Shown: positions 10,879-21,812, counted from the stretch's first letter. The stretch: 64,000 nt of DNA from Candidatus Marinacidobacterales bacterium (GCA_965237955.1 OZ250169.1:3328001-3392000); one strand, 5' to 3'. Translations and numbers: made by a program. Notes: a model not told the origin generated them from the letters alone.

Positions 10879-10899
10879 CAACTACGTCTCCCGCGCGCC

Positions 10900-11320
10900 C
10901 TGGCATTCGAGACAAAAAGGGGTATCCGCGTCCCACTAATAATGAAGTGGCCGGCGAGGATTCCGGCGGCGTTCGTCTCCGAGCAGCACACGATCCATAT
11001 GGATTTGAGCGCCACGATCCTGGGCGCCGCCGGGACCGCGCCGACGCGTGAGCTGGATGGTATCGATCTCTTGCCAATCCTGAAGGGCACGACTCCACCT
11101 GTCGAGCGGACGTTTTTCTGGAGAACCGACTACCCCGCTCATAAGCAACGCGCCGTGCGACGAGAACGGTGGAAGTACTTGCTCGACGACACCACCGAGA
11201 TGCTCTTCGACCTCGAGACCGATATCGGCGAGCGCGATTAACCTCGCGTACCAGCGACCCGCAAAGCTCGAAGAGCTCCAAAAAGCTCCGGCAACTTGGG
11301 AGGCCGCGCTCACGAGATGA
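10900..11320 (+). pseudogene. C-terminal remnant of a sulfatase
   Basis: GIRVPLIMKWP, MDLSATIL, DGIDLLP, LFDLETDIGE; no catalytic N-terminus; frameshift near 11238. Confidence 0.75.
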
Positions 11321-11384
11321 CTCCTCGTGGGCTGGTTGTTATCATGATCTCACTGACGACAACCGAATCCCGAGCTGTCACCCC

Positions 11385-14222
11385 ATGAAAATTCTGCTCT
11401 ACTTCGTTTTCTTTCTGTCCGGTGTCGCGGGCCTCGTCTTCGAGGCGTTGTGGTTCCGGATGGCCGGGCTCACATTCGGCAACAGCGTGTGGGCTTCGAG
11501 CCTCGTCTTGTCGAGCTTCATGGGCGGGCTCGCGCTCGGAAACGCACTCACTGCTCGGCACGGCTTTCGGATTCATAAGCCCGTCCGCTTCTACGCCCGT
11601 CTCGAGATTCTGGTCGGCATTCTCGGCTGTGGCCTCGTTCTTCTGTTTCCGGTTGTCCCCCAGCTGTTCGCGCCGCTTTTCCGGCCGTTTTTGGAAACGC
11701 CGGCGATCCTCAACCCGTTTCGTCTCGGGCTCGCTTTCGTCCTGCTGCTGGTTCCAACGACCGCGATGGGCGCGACGCTCCCGATCATGGTGAAGGCGCT
11801 CAACCAGTGGAGTGCTGATTTCGGGAACGTCCTCGGCCAGCTCTACGGTTGGAACACGTTCGGCGCGATGACGGGTGCGCTCCTCGCGGAGACGGTGCTC
11901 ATCGGCGCGTTCGGGGTGGCCGGAAGCGCCGTGGTCGCGGCCCTCGTGAACTTCACCGCTGCCGGACTCGCTTTCTGGATTCATCATTTCGGTGCCCCGG
12001 CCGGTGCCCCGGCAACGCCGAAAGAAGAGGACCAGCCCCGCGCGATCGGAATGACGCCGGAGCTGAGACGCTTCGCCTTCGCCGCTTTCCTCTCGGGTGG
12101 CATCCTTCTCGCACTCGAGGTCGTTTGGTTCCGCTTGCTCCAGCTCTTCGTCGTCGCGACGAGCGCGAGCTTCGCGGTGATGCTGTTCGTGGTCTTACTT
12201 GGGATTGGCGCCGGCGGGATTGCGAGCTCGTTCTGGCTGAAGTACCGTCCCGATGCATATCGCTACTTCCCGCACCTCGCCATCGGCGCCGGACTTCTCG
12301 TGGTGTGGTCCTACATCCGCTTCGAAGGCATGCCCGAGGTTTACCCGGCGAACATCGATGAAAGCGGTATCGACACGTTCTTGCTTTCGTTTCATCTCAT
12401 GTTCCCGGTGTCCCTCATTTCCGGGATGTTGTTCACGTTTCTCGGGCGTGCGGCATTCGAAGGCTACGGTGAAGAAACACGCGCGGTGGGGAAAATAGCG
12501 TTCTTCAACACCCTCGGCGCCATGAGCGGCGCGATCATCGCGGGGTGGCTTCTCCTCCCGAGCGCCGGCCTCGAAATGTCGCTCTTTTTCCTCGCACTCG
12601 CCTACGTCGTCGTCGCAGCGCTCGCGCCAAAAACGTGGTTCTCTGGAGATTCCGGGCGGGGCAGCGCCTGGGGCTTGGGGGCGCTCGCCATGTGCTATGT
12701 GCTCTCTCTCGCGCTCTATCCGTTCGGGCTGATGCGGAACCATTTCATTCCCGCCGCGGTCAGTACCTACGCGACGCCAGACACCGAGATCGTCGAAGTC
12801 CGTGAAGGGATCAACGAGACCGTCATCTATGACCGCTGGCACGGCGAAGTGTTTGCGACGCGTCTCATCACCAACGCGATCTCGATGGCCTCGGACGACC
12901 CCAACGGCAAGCGGTACATGAAGTACTTCGTGTACTGGCCGCTGGCATTCCATCCCGAAGTCAAAAAAGCTCTTTTGATCAGCTACGGCGTCGGTCAGAC
13001 GGCGAAGGCACTGACCGACTCGGCCGAGATCGAAGACATCGACATCGTCGATCTCTCCGCCGACATTCTCGACACCCATCGCGTGATGTTCCCCGACAAG
13101 GGAACGTCCCCCCTAGACGATCCCCGCGTCGACGTCCATGTCGAAGACGGCCGGTTCTATCTGCTGACGAGCGACGAGCGCTACGACCTCATCACTGCCG
13201 AGCCGCCGCCGCTCATGATGGCCGGCGTCGTCAACCTCTACACACAGGAGTATTTTCGACTTCTCTACGAACGGCTCAACGAAGGCGGATACGTGACCTA
13301 CTGGCTACCGGTACGACTGATGGCGGTCTCCGATACCCAGGCTGTCGCCAAAGCATTCTGCAACGTCTTCGAAGACTGCTCGCTGTGGCGAGCGGGCAAG
13401 CTCGAGCTCGTTCTCGCTGGATCGCGCGGCGCGAAAGGCCAAGTGGATCCGGCACGGTTCCGTCGCCAATGGGATGACGCCACCGTGGGTCGAGAGCTCG
13501 AAGTGCTCGGTCTCGAAGTACCGGAACTGCTCCTGGCGACGTTCTTGGGAGACCGAACGTTTCTCGATGCGTTCACCGCGGACGTCGCGCCGCTCACCGA
13601 CAACTTCCCGCATCGGCTCGCTCGCGCGCCGCACGTGGAGCTCGATTTTTATTACAAGAACATGTTGCTCCACGTCGATGCGGCGAAACGCTATCGGCAA
13701 AGCGAGCTCTTGAAAGAGCGACTACCCGAATCGCTCTTCCAAGGTGGACTCGAGCATTACCAGTGGCAAGCGATGGTCGACTGGGCTCTCGACGTCTACT
13801 TCGGCGCGAGACCGATCCCCCTCGAGCCCCTCCATCGAGTCCTGACCGAGACCCGCCTCCGTACCACGCCGTTGTGGCTTCTCGGCGATTTCATGGAGCC
13901 GAGCGGCGCTGTCGAAGCCGTCGTCGAAAAAGGCGACATGGACGGAGAAGTGTGGTTTCTTCTCGGCCTGCGAGCGATGGCCGACCGCAACTTCCTCGAA
14001 GCCGACGAGCACTCCCAAAAAGCGCAGGCGTTCGAAGGCGACAGTGCGGGTCTAGACAACTACTACTACCGAATCCTCGCACTCGGCTACGGCGGGCAGT
14101 TCGAGGAGGCCGACGCTCTATCCGCCGAGCTCGCGCGCTCGATGGGCGCCGGCTGGGAAAACTCCGAGTTCGGCCGCTTCTACGTTCGAACGTTCGGCGC
14201 TCAGGCCAAGGGCTCGGACTAG
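11385..14222 (+). CDS. Fused MFS-like membrane / spermidine synthase-like methyltransferase
   Basis: FFLSGVAGLVFE.LW.R, GLALG, LYGWNTFGA, LISYGVGQT, EDGRFYL, YDLITAEPPP, LYTQEYF. Confidence 0.88.
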   Translation: MKILLYFVFFLSGVAGLVFEALWFRMAGLTFGNSVWASSLVLSSFMGGLALGNALTARHGFRIHKPVRFYARLEILVGILGCGLVLLFPVVPQLFAPLFRPFLETPAILNPFRLGLAFVLLLVPTTAMGATLPIMVKALNQWSADFGNVLGQLYGWNTFGAMTGALLAETVLIGAFGVAGSAVVAALVNFTAAGLAFWIHHFGAPAGAPATPKEEDQPRAIGMTPELRRFAFAAFLSGGILLALEVVWFRLLQLFVVATSASFAVMLFVVLLGIGAGGIASSFWLKYRPDAYRYFPHLAIGAGLLVVWSYIRFEGMPEVYPANIDESGIDTFLLSFHLMFPVSLISGMLFTFLGRAAFEGYGEETRAVGKIAFFNTLGAMSGAIIAGWLLLPSAGLEMSLFFLALAYVVVAALAPKTWFSGDSGRGSAWGLGALAMCYVLSLALYPFGLMRNHFIPAAVSTYATPDTEIVEVREGINETVIYDRWHGEVFATRLITNAISMASDDPNGKRYMKYFVYWPLAFHPEVKKALLISYGVGQTAKALTDSAEIEDIDIVDLSADILDTHRVMFPDKGTSPLDDPRVDVHVEDGRFYLLTSDERYDLITAEPPPLMMAGVVNLYTQEYFRLLYERLNEGGYVTYWLPVRLMAVSDTQAVAKAFCNVFEDCSLWRAGKLELVLAGSRGAKGQVDPARFRRQWDDATVGRELEVLGLEVPELLLATFLGDRTFLDAFTADVAPLTDNFPHRLARAPHVELDFYYKNMLLHVDAAKRYRQSELLKERLPESLFQGGLEHYQWQAMVDWALDVYFGARPIPLEPLHRVLTETRLRTTPLWLLGDFMEPSGAVEAVVEKGDMDGEVWFLLGLRAMADRNFLEADEHSQKAQAFEGDSAGLDNYYYRILALGYGGQFEEADALSAELARSMGAGWENSEFGRFYVRTFGAQAKGSD

Positions 14223-14228
14223 ACTTCG

Positions 14229-14507
14229 TTAGAGGCCAGCGGAGCGGAGACTCGAGACGTTCTCGATGATCTCCTTGGTAATCTCTTCTCCGGCGATCTC
14301 GATCCACTCTTCGGGAACGAGCTCCGACGCCTGGGCGACGAACCGCTTCGCTCCTCGGCTCAGGGTTTCCCGCAGCTCACGACAGGACGCGGGTGCGATG
14401 AAAATCGCGGTCGTCACGCCCACGAGCGTGTCGAAAAAAAGCCCGGCGACGAAGGCCATACCGCCGCCACCGTTGCCCGCGTTGCCGTTGTTATCCGCTG
14501 ACATCAC
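14229..14507 (-). CDS. YtxH-like protein
   Basis: AFVAGL...AIFIAPAS.RELRE pattern. Confidence 0.65.
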   Translation of the reverse strand: MMSADNNGNAGNGGGGMAFVAGLFFDTLVGVTTAIFIAPASCRELRETLSRGAKRFVAQASELVPEEWIEIAGEEITKEIIENVSSLRSAGL

Positions 14508-14553
14508 ACCTCTGACTCTAATTTAACACAGAGCCCGCGCAGCGCGGCTCCGA

Positions 14554-14667
14554 CTAGAACCATTTCAGGTTCGTGATGAAACGGCTCACCGACAGGCCGG
14601 TGCGGCGCGGCGACGCTTCGAGTCGTTTCTCCGTCGCTTCATCTAGGTAAATCGTAATCTGCCCCAT
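14554..14667 (-). pseudogene. Truncated CopG/RHH antitoxin remnant
   Basis: MGQITIYLDEATEKRL...GLSVSRFI then early stop; no partner toxin. Confidence 0.55.
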
Positions 14668-14738
14668 TTCCATTCCTAATGATACGCGCTCTCGAGTCGA
14701 GAACGCGTAATGAGATAGGACGAGAAATACGTCCGACC

Positions 14739-15653
14739 TCAGAGGCGGTGTTGCGTTTTTCGCTCTTCCAGCTCTTCGAGGCTTTTGGGCCAATCGCCTT
14801 TGAGAAGCCGCGACAGGCCGCGGTCGGCCAGGAGCTTCCCCTCGGTCTGACAGCCGGGACAATAGTTGGTCTCGTTGGAGGCGTAGCGGATGCGCTGCAC
14901 CGATCCACCGCAGTCGGGACACTCCTTCCCGTAGCGCCCGTGGACGGCCATTTTCGTTCGGAACGCGGTGACTTTCGTCGGAAACTCACCTTGTTGCTCG
15001 GCGCGCAATTGTTCGGTCCACTCTTTGAGGGTGGCTCGCGTCGCGACGTACAGTCGCTCGATCTCGTCATCTCTCAGACGCGACGTCCATTTGACGGGCG
15101 AGAGCTTCGCGCGGTGCAGGATCTCGTCGGAGTAGGCGTTGCCGATCCCGCTGAACAGATGCGGGTCGGTAAGCGAGCGTTTGAGGGTGTGGTTCTCGAG
15201 GTGAAGCGCACGGGTGAAACTCTCAAGGTCGGACTCCATCACTTCGAGGCCGCCGGGATCGAGGCGCGCGAGCTCGTCCTCACCCCGGACGAGCCGTAGT
15301 GACGCGCGCTTTTTGGTTCCGGCTTCCGTCAGCGTGAGCGACCCCGAGGCGAAGTCGAAACGAGCGAGCCCGCGCTTTTTCTGAAGCTTCTCTCGCTCGC
15401 TTCCCTCCTTCCACTGGAGCCGGCCGGCAATCATCAGGTGGATCACCATGAACAGCTCGTCTTCGAGAGCGATGACGACGCGCTTTCCCAACCGGCGCAG
15501 GTCGACGACTTTCTTGCCTTCGAGCTCCGCGGGCGCGGGTGCTACCGAGCGCAGCAGGAAAGGGCTGCCGAGGAGGATCTTCTCGAGCATGTCGCCGTGG
15601 ATCCGGCTTTCGAGCGCCTCGAGGTAGAGCTCGATGTCGGGAAGCTCCGGCAT
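14739..15653 (-). CDS. Fpg/Nei family DNA glycosylase
   Basis: MPELPD N-terminus, HLMIAGRL, GIGNAYSDE, CPDC..YCPGCQ zinc finger. Confidence 0.93.
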   Translation of the reverse strand: MPELPDIELYLEALESRIHGDMLEKILLGSPFLLRSVAPAPAELEGKKVVDLRRLGKRVVIALEDELFMVIHLMIAGRLQWKEGSEREKLQKKRGLARFDFASGSLTLTEAGTKKRASLRLVRGEDELARLDPGGLEVMESDLESFTRALHLENHTLKRSLTDPHLFSGIGNAYSDEILHRAKLSPVKWTSRLRDDEIERLYVATRATLKEWTEQLRAEQQGEFPTKVTAFRTKMAVHGRYGKECPDCGGSVQRIRYASNETNYCPGCQTEGKLLADRGLSRLLKGDWPKSLEELEERKTQHRL

Positions 15654-15716
15654 GACCGGCGTATTGTCTCACGACCACCGAACGCGTTAGGCTTATCGGC
15701 ACGAGGAGGTTTCCGG

Positions 15717-16502
15717 ATGCCTGACAAGAATGACAAGCGGTTCGAAGGGAAAGTAGCGCTGGTGACGGGTACGTCGAGCGGCATTGGCAAGGCGACGGCG
15801 TCCCGGCTGGCAAGCGAAGGCGCCAAAGTCGCGGTGACGGCGAGGCGCGAGGACAAAATCAAGGAGCTCGTCCGTGACATCGAGAGCGCGGGCGGCACCG
15901 CGCACGCAATCGCGGCCGATCTCACCCGCGAGGCCGACCGTCGGCGTCTCGTTGACGAAACAATAGGTCAATTCGGCGGGCTCGACGTTCTCGTGAACGC
16001 AGCCGGCATCATCGCCTACGGTACCATCGAGGACACCTCTCTCGAAGACTGGCAGAAGATGTATGACATCAACGTGGTGTCGATCTTTCACGTGATGCAG
16101 CTGTCGCTTCCGCACATCATTCCTCGGAAGGGCAATATCGTGAACGTGTCGAGCGTGAACGGCATGCGCTCGTTCCCGGGCTTGCTCGCCTACAACTCGA
16201 GCAAATCCGCGCTCGATCAGCTAACGCGCTGTGCGGCGCTCGAGCTCGCGGCGAAAGGGGTTCGTGTGAACAACGTGAACCCGGGGGTGGTCGTGACCGG
16301 GCTACACCGCCAGGCCGGGCTCGACGAAGAGAAATACGCCGCGTTTCTGGAGCGAAGCAAGACAACGCATCCGATAGGGCGAGTCGGGAAGGCCGAAGAG
16401 CTCGCCGCCCTGATCACGTTCCTCGCGTCGGACGAGGCGGGGTGGATTACCGGTGACACCGTCAACATTGATGGTGGACGCCATCTTACGTGTGCGCGCT
16501 AG
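15717..16502 (+). CDS. SDR family oxidoreductase
   Basis: TGTSSGIG, NAAG, YNSSK, NPG; GAGGAGG RBS before ATG 15717. Confidence 0.93.
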   Translation: MPDKNDKRFEGKVALVTGTSSGIGKATASRLASEGAKVAVTARREDKIKELVRDIESAGGTAHAIAADLTREADRRRLVDETIGQFGGLDVLVNAAGIIAYGTIEDTSLEDWQKMYDINVVSIFHVMQLSLPHIIPRKGNIVNVSSVNGMRSFPGLLAYNSSKSALDQLTRCAALELAAKGVRVNNVNPGVVVTGLHRQAGLDEEKYAAFLERSKTTHPIGRVGKAEELAALITFLASDEAGWITGDTVNIDGGRHLTCAR

Positions 16503-17710
16503 CTCAACGCTTCCTCCATGCCTGCGATCGCTTTTTCGCGGCCACGGGTGAAGCGCAAGATGCCTTCGAAGACGAGCCAGAGCGCCAGAAAGAGCACGAT
16601 GCCGCCGACCGCGAGCAGCAGGTAGCTCCCCTGATTGAAGAATCGGACTACGTTGATGATCACCGCCGCGATGGTCGTGACCAGCATGAACACCATGGGG
16701 ATGGCGGTGTAGAGATAGTTCTTCTTGCGGAAATACAAATAGAGCGTCACCGTCAAAAGCGTCAGCCCGGCCATCACTTGATTCGTGGTTCCGAAGACCG
16801 CCCAGAGCACGACGCCCGCCGGGCGCCCATCCACTTGGAGGAGCGCGAAAAAGCCAATCGCTCCGACGGATAACGCGGTGGCGATGTAGCGGTTCGCGAG
16901 CACGGGCATCTTGACGGTCTCCGCTACCTCTTCGATGTTGTATCGAAGAAGCCGCGTCGCCGAGTCGAGCGTCGTGAGCGCGAACGACACCGCCACCAGC
17001 GCGACGAAGGACTTTCCGAGGTTCGGGTCGATCCCGAGTGTCGCGAGAAACGTTCCCGATCCGGAAACGAACGCGTTCAAGTTGGACGCGAGACCATCCG
17101 CACTCTCCCAGCTCGAGTAGTGGTCCCGCCAAGCGGTCGCGGTCGCGAATCCTGCGGTGCATGCGAGCACCGCGGCGAGCCCGAGAACACTCTCGCACAC
17201 CATCGCCCCGTAGCCGATGAATACGGCATCCTCTTCTTTGTCGAGCTGTTTCGCAGTCGTGCCCGATGAGACGAGCGCGTGGAAGCCCGAAACGGCACCG
17301 CATGCGATGACGATGAACACGAACGGGTAGATGGGCGGCGCCCCGGGAGGATGGGCGTCGAACGCGGGCGCGACGAACGCGGGCCTCAACATGACGAAGC
17401 CCACGAGGATCGCGGCGAGGCCGAGATACAAAAGGAGCGAGTTCAGGAAGTCCCTCGGTTGCAGCAGAAGCCACACCGGGAGCACCGACGCCAGGAATGC
17501 ATAGCCGAGAAGCAAGTAGCTCCACGTCACAACGGCCAGATCCGGAGCCGGCAAGATGCGCCCGAGATAGACGGCGATGAGCGTTAGCGTGAAACCCGCG
17601 ACGGTCAGACGTCCCAGAGGCACGCCCTTTTTGTAGAACAAAACGCCCATGATGACGGCGAGCACCATCAGTGAGAAGCTCGGAAAGACCGCCTCGGGGT
17701 AGAAGTTCGC
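16499..17710 (-). pseudogene. cstA: Carbon starvation protein A, 5' part deleted
   Basis: LPVWLLLQPRD, IACGAVSGFH, GYGAM..E, TTLDSATRL, FGTTNQ; N-terminus replaced by a transposase remnant. Confidence 0.85.
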
Positions 17711-17916
17711 CAGATCCGAGAGTCGCGGCCGTTTTGCAGAGCGATGGAGGACGGCGAGCTGCTGCGCAGGGCGAGATTCTCGAGAGCCAGCGAGCGGCGC
17801 GTTCTGAAAGCCGAGATGAGCGAGCGAAGAAACGACGAAATCATGCCGGCATGCTGACGCCGCCGGGAGAGAAAGATCAAGAGGGACGCGCCCGGACGAA
17901 TAAATAGAAGGCACGA
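17711..17916 (-). mobile_element. End plus N-terminal remnant of an rve-type transposase element
   Basis: MISSFLRSLISAFRTRRSLALENLALR/QQLAVLHRSAKRPRL (frameshifted); end-like CGTGCCTTCTATTTATTCGTCC. Confidence 0.6.
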
Positions 17917-18086
17917 GGGCGGGGTGTCAGTGAGAAGCTCGGCGGCTCCTCAGCGAAGAACGCGCGATCCGCGTCGTTCGTTGTCCCAGCCGAGCCCGTT
18001 TCGATTTTCGAAAGGAGGTTTGAGGCTCGTTTTCTCCTCTTCATTAGTAAGGACCGAATCTGCATCGGTCGAAAGAAGGAGACGAT

Positions 18087-19155
18087 ATGCCAGGCCCGAA
18101 ATCGAACAAGGGACAAAAGACCCACCACGAACGCGCGATACGCCGTGACCGGACGCCGTCCTCGACGGACCCATCACCCACCACCGAAACACCAAACCCG
18201 CCCCGCCTTCTCGACCGCGTCCGAGCGGCTATTCGAGTGCCACACTACAGCCCTCTCACCGAAAAGGCGTACGTCTCTTGGATCAAGCGTTTCATATTCT
18301 TTTTCGACAAGCGTCATCCAAAAGAGATGGGTGAGGCCCAGGTCTCCGCTTACATCTCTCATCTCGCTACCGCGAAGGCTGTTAGCGCGTCGACCCAGAA
18401 CCAGGCGCTTTCCGCTCTCATCTTCTCTTTATCGCCACGTTTTGCAACGCAAGCTCGAGCTCATGGAAATCGCTCGTGCCAAGAGCCCCAGTCACCTACC
18501 CATCGTCCTCTCCCGCGAGGAGGTGGCAGCCGTGCTCTCTCGTCTCGAAGGCGTATCCTGGCTGAGAGCCTCGCTCATGTACGGATCCGGACTTCGCGTG
18601 CTCGAATCCTGCCGCCTTCGAGTGAAGGACATCGACTTCGATCGACGCGAGATAACGGTCCGTAACGGAAAGGGCGAGAAGGACCGCGTAACCATGCTAC
18701 CTCTCAAACTCATCGAACCAATCAGAAACCACCTTGTCCACGTTAAGCGCCTGCACCCGGAAGACTTGAAGGAGGGCGCCGGCTTCGTCGAACTGCCATA
18801 CGCCCTGCGACGGAAGTACCTGAGCGCCGCAACCGACTGGGGTTGGCAGTGGCTCGTTCCCGCGACGAAGATCTATACACACCACGAGACGAATGAACGA
18901 CGTCGTCACTTTCTCCACCAGACAGTGATCCAGCGCGACGTACGCCGTGCCGTCCGCCAGGCAGGAATAGCCAAGCCCGCGACCTGTCATTCGCTGAGGC
19001 ATTCCTTCGCGACGCATCTCCTCGAGGACGGCTACGATATCCGAACCATTCAAAAACTAATGGGGCACAAGGACGTGAGCACGACCATGATCTACTGTCA
19101 CATCCTAAACCGCGGAGGGCGCGGCGTGAGAAGTCCCATCAACTCCACGATTTGA
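18087..19155 (+). pseudogene. intI: Integron integrase, one frameshift at ~18426 (start uncertain)
   Basis: HYS..TEKAY, VSASTQNQAL, YGSGLR, GKGEKDR, IntI-specific VELPYALRRKY...W.WQW, HSLRHSFATHLL, GHKDVSTTMIY. Confidence 0.93.
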
Positions 19156-19369
19156 AAACATCCACGACTCTGCGATAGAGTGCCTACCGCTTGCGTTCAA
19201 CCCGTTATCGTCTTATATCGCGACTACGCGCGACATAAAAACGGAAGGGCCGAACACAAGCCCTATGCCCTACCGATCGAACCAATGGCAATTTAAGAGC
19301 AAAACACCAACAGGAACGTCAACAGTCGTATACGGCGATTTCCGCTATATAAGAAATTTCTGTCGCGAG

Positions 19370-19404
19370 ACGATCTATGAAAAAATATAGACTTCTAGTT
19401 ATCT
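19370..19404 (+). other. Putative attI site downstream of intI
   Basis: Core GTTATCT (19398-19404) is the exact complement of AGATAAC that opens the next attC. Confidence 0.65.
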
Positions 19405-19421
19405 GCATGAGATCCTCACTC

Positions 19422-19457
19422 TTGACATCCGTTACCTTGTGAGGTAACGTTACTTGG
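19422..19457 (+). promoter_or_regulatory. Cassette-internal TA promoter with palindromic operator
   Basis: TTGACA at 19422; CGTTACCT-tgtg-AGGTAACG at 19430-19449 over the -10 region. Confidence 0.7.
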
Positions 19458-19652
19458 ATGGCGAGAATTCGCCGCTGTGGCTACATATTCCTCACCTGGG
19501 TAGGCGACCATTCTCCGCGGCACGTTCACGTGTATCGTGATGGCAAACTCGTCGTGAAATGGGACTTGGAGAACAGCATGCCCATGGTCGGTGAGGCCAA
19601 TCGGAGAATCTTGAGTCTCATCGACGAACTAGAATCCGAGGACCTCATATGA
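19458..19652 (+). CDS. DUF4160-like toxin (integron cassette 1)
   Basis: DHSPRHVHV motif, 64 aa, ATGA overlap with next gene. Confidence 0.75.
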   Translation: MARIRRCGYIFLTWVGDHSPRHVHVYRDGKLVVKWDLENSMPMVGEANRRILSLIDELESEDLI

Positions 19653-20116
19653 AGATCAGATCAGTCAAGGCGAACAATCGAAGAAAGGCGTTCGAGGTAA
19701 GAATGCACTCGAGAACGCTGTCCTTCCCTTACATCAAGGCGGAGCCTCGACCCACGGCCAGCGATCGCGTCGACGAAGTCAGTGTGGACAAAGAGCTCGG
19801 GCGAGAAGCGTTCGTCTATGTTCTCAAATCGGGGGCGGAGGGAACCATTCACATCGATCAGGTGTTGGAGTACAACCAAGACCCAGGCTATTTGCGGGAT
19901 CTCTTGCTCTACAGGTTGACTCTAGAGGCACAAAAAAGGGTCGAGGCGAGCGCTTTGTCCAAGCGAGAGATCATTCGCCGTCTTGGCACGTCAGCGGCTC
20001 AGTTCTATCGATTGCTAGATCAGACCAACTATCGCAAGTCAGTGGATCAGGTTCTCAATCTCTTGCATGTCCTCGACTGCGACGTTGATCTGGTCGTCAA
20101 GTCGAAGAGTGCTTGA
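19649..20116 (+). CDS. Cognate antitoxin with C-terminal HTH (integron cassette 1)
   Basis: LSKREIIRRLGTSAAQFYRLLD HTH; coupled to toxin. Confidence 0.75.
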   Translation: MKIRSVKANNRRKAFEVRMHSRTLSFPYIKAEPRPTASDRVDEVSVDKELGREAFVYVLKSGAEGTIHIDQVLEYNQDPGYLRDLLLYRLTLEAQKRVEASALSKREIIRRLGTSAAQFYRLLDQTNYRKSVDQVLNLLHVLDCDVDLVVKSKSA

Positions 20117-20127
20117 GATGAGCAACC

Positions 20128-20244
20128 AGATAACCATGAGTTCGAGCGGACGGAACTGAGCCGTCGTGAAGGCATGAGATAATTCGGCGGAGCGTCGGCT
20201 TCGGAGGCGCTTCCGCCGTGCCGCCGCTCAACTCAACGTTATGC
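20128..20244 (+). other. attC site (117 bp)
   Basis: R'' AGATAAC and R' GTTATGC; L boxes TGAGTTCGAGCGG / CCGCTCAACTCA with one extra base. Confidence 0.88.
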
Positions 20245-20253
20245 GGAACGTGA

Positions 20254-20725
20254 ATGCGGGCGAGGGCAAGAATGATGAGTAGAGCAAAGGTACTAGGTAT
20301 TCGTGTCGTTCTGTTTCTCCTCGCGTCAGTGCTGATGGCGAACCTTCTCCATCGGGTCGTGTTCCCAGCCGATCCACCGGATCCCGCCACTTATCCCCGC
20401 GTTGGTGACACGTTCGGTAGCGCGGCCGAGGGGGTCAAGCAGCAGGTCATGGCGGTGCGAGACGGGTGGGTGGTCTTGCGGACCCAAGTCGCCCCGCGTG
20501 CGCCGGGGCCGCCCATGCACTTTCATCGCTCGTTCGCGGAGGTCTTCACCGTCGAGTCCGGAAAGCTCCACGTGGAGTTACCCGACGGTGCCATCCAGCT
20601 GGGACCCGGAGAGGAACATAGGGTCGAGCCAGGAGTCCCCCACCGTCCGTACAACCCCACGGACGAGGAGGTTATCATTGCCAGCGACAAGCCCGCGATG
20701 CCCCAGTCCTTCGCCGCCTGTCTGG
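20254..20725 (+). pseudogene. Cupin domain protein (cassette 2), truncated by IS5
   Basis: PPMHFH..FAEVFTV..G and PGVPHRPYN cupin motifs; starts right after attC. Confidence 0.8.
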
Positions 20726-21812
20726 TGCCTTGGTGCACAACTCCGATAGAGGCCGAGAACTCGCTTGGCCCCGACTCCCATCATCCGATCATCTCGCTAT
20801 CAGGCATCCCGAGCGCCGTCATGGTGTTGAGAATCTTGCACCCGATCCTTGCCTCGACTCTCTGTGCCGCCAACCCTCTCGCTCGCATCGCTGAGCCCAC
20901 GATAGCCTTGTAGCGATGGAACGTTGTCTCGACTTTGCTCCGTTTGCTGTAGCCCGATTCTGTGTGCCACTTTCGTTTGCCGAGCCGAGCTTGTGCTGCA
21001 ATGTTGCGATTACGCTGTCGGCTGCTCGCCGGCCCCGATGCGAGCTGGGCGCCCTTGCGCGGCGGTATCAGCACCCTCGGCGAGCGATGAGCGCTGTGAT
21101 TCTCGATCGCCTCATAGACGCCGCTGGCGTCGTATGCGGTGTCAGCTCTAGCCGATGAGATGGGACTGTCGATCTGTCCGACAAGCGATGCAACCCGCGA
21201 TGAATCGCGGGCTCTTTTGCTCGTCAGCTCGCCGGCGACGACTTCGCCACGCTGCTCGTCGACACACAGATGGAGCTTGCGATAGTCCCTGCTATTTGGT
21301 GCTCTGCGCAGCTGGCCGGCGTGGACAGCGAGACCGCTGCTGTCGATCAAGATGTGCAACGGCGTCTTCTGCTTGTCTTGGTAGAAGGGGACCTTACCCA
21401 GCTTCGCCTTGCGCCTCGAGATCGTGGTGTGATCGGGCACATCATTGTCTAGCTTCATCAGAGCGAACAACGATCGCAGCAATCCCTCGCTCTGCCTAGA
21501 CGACAGATGAAACACCATGCCCAGGGTGACAGCCGTCTCGATGGCGTGGTTCGAGTACTTGCGTTGACGGCCCGGTTTCCTCCTCCTTGGCCGGGGCGCG
21601 TCCCAGTTCACAAGCTTGCCGGCGGTGAGCGAGATCCAGACGGTCAGGCTCCCGCGGTTGCGCAGACCCGCCTCATATTCACGCCAATTCCTCACGCGAT
21701 AGGCCTTCTTCACATACTTCCGCTGAGTGCGTTTGAAAATGCTCATGGGGAACCTCGAATCCGCGAGTACAGGACAATTGTGGACCGAGATCGCGAGTTG
21801 TGCACCAAGGCA
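20726..21812 (-). mobile_element. IS5 family (IS903-like) copy 1; transposase 20781-21746
   Basis: 18-bp IR TGCCTTGGTGCACAACTC; NWREYEAGLRNRGSLTVW, PDHTTISRR, IDSSG, ADTAYD, Y.KRS.VET. Confidence 0.95.

Noticed and set aside
9118-17525. Long alternative-frame ORFs (9118-10161, 16302-17525; also 55868-57391)
   Set aside because: Arg/Pro-rich shadow frames overlapping well-supported genes in high-GC DNA.
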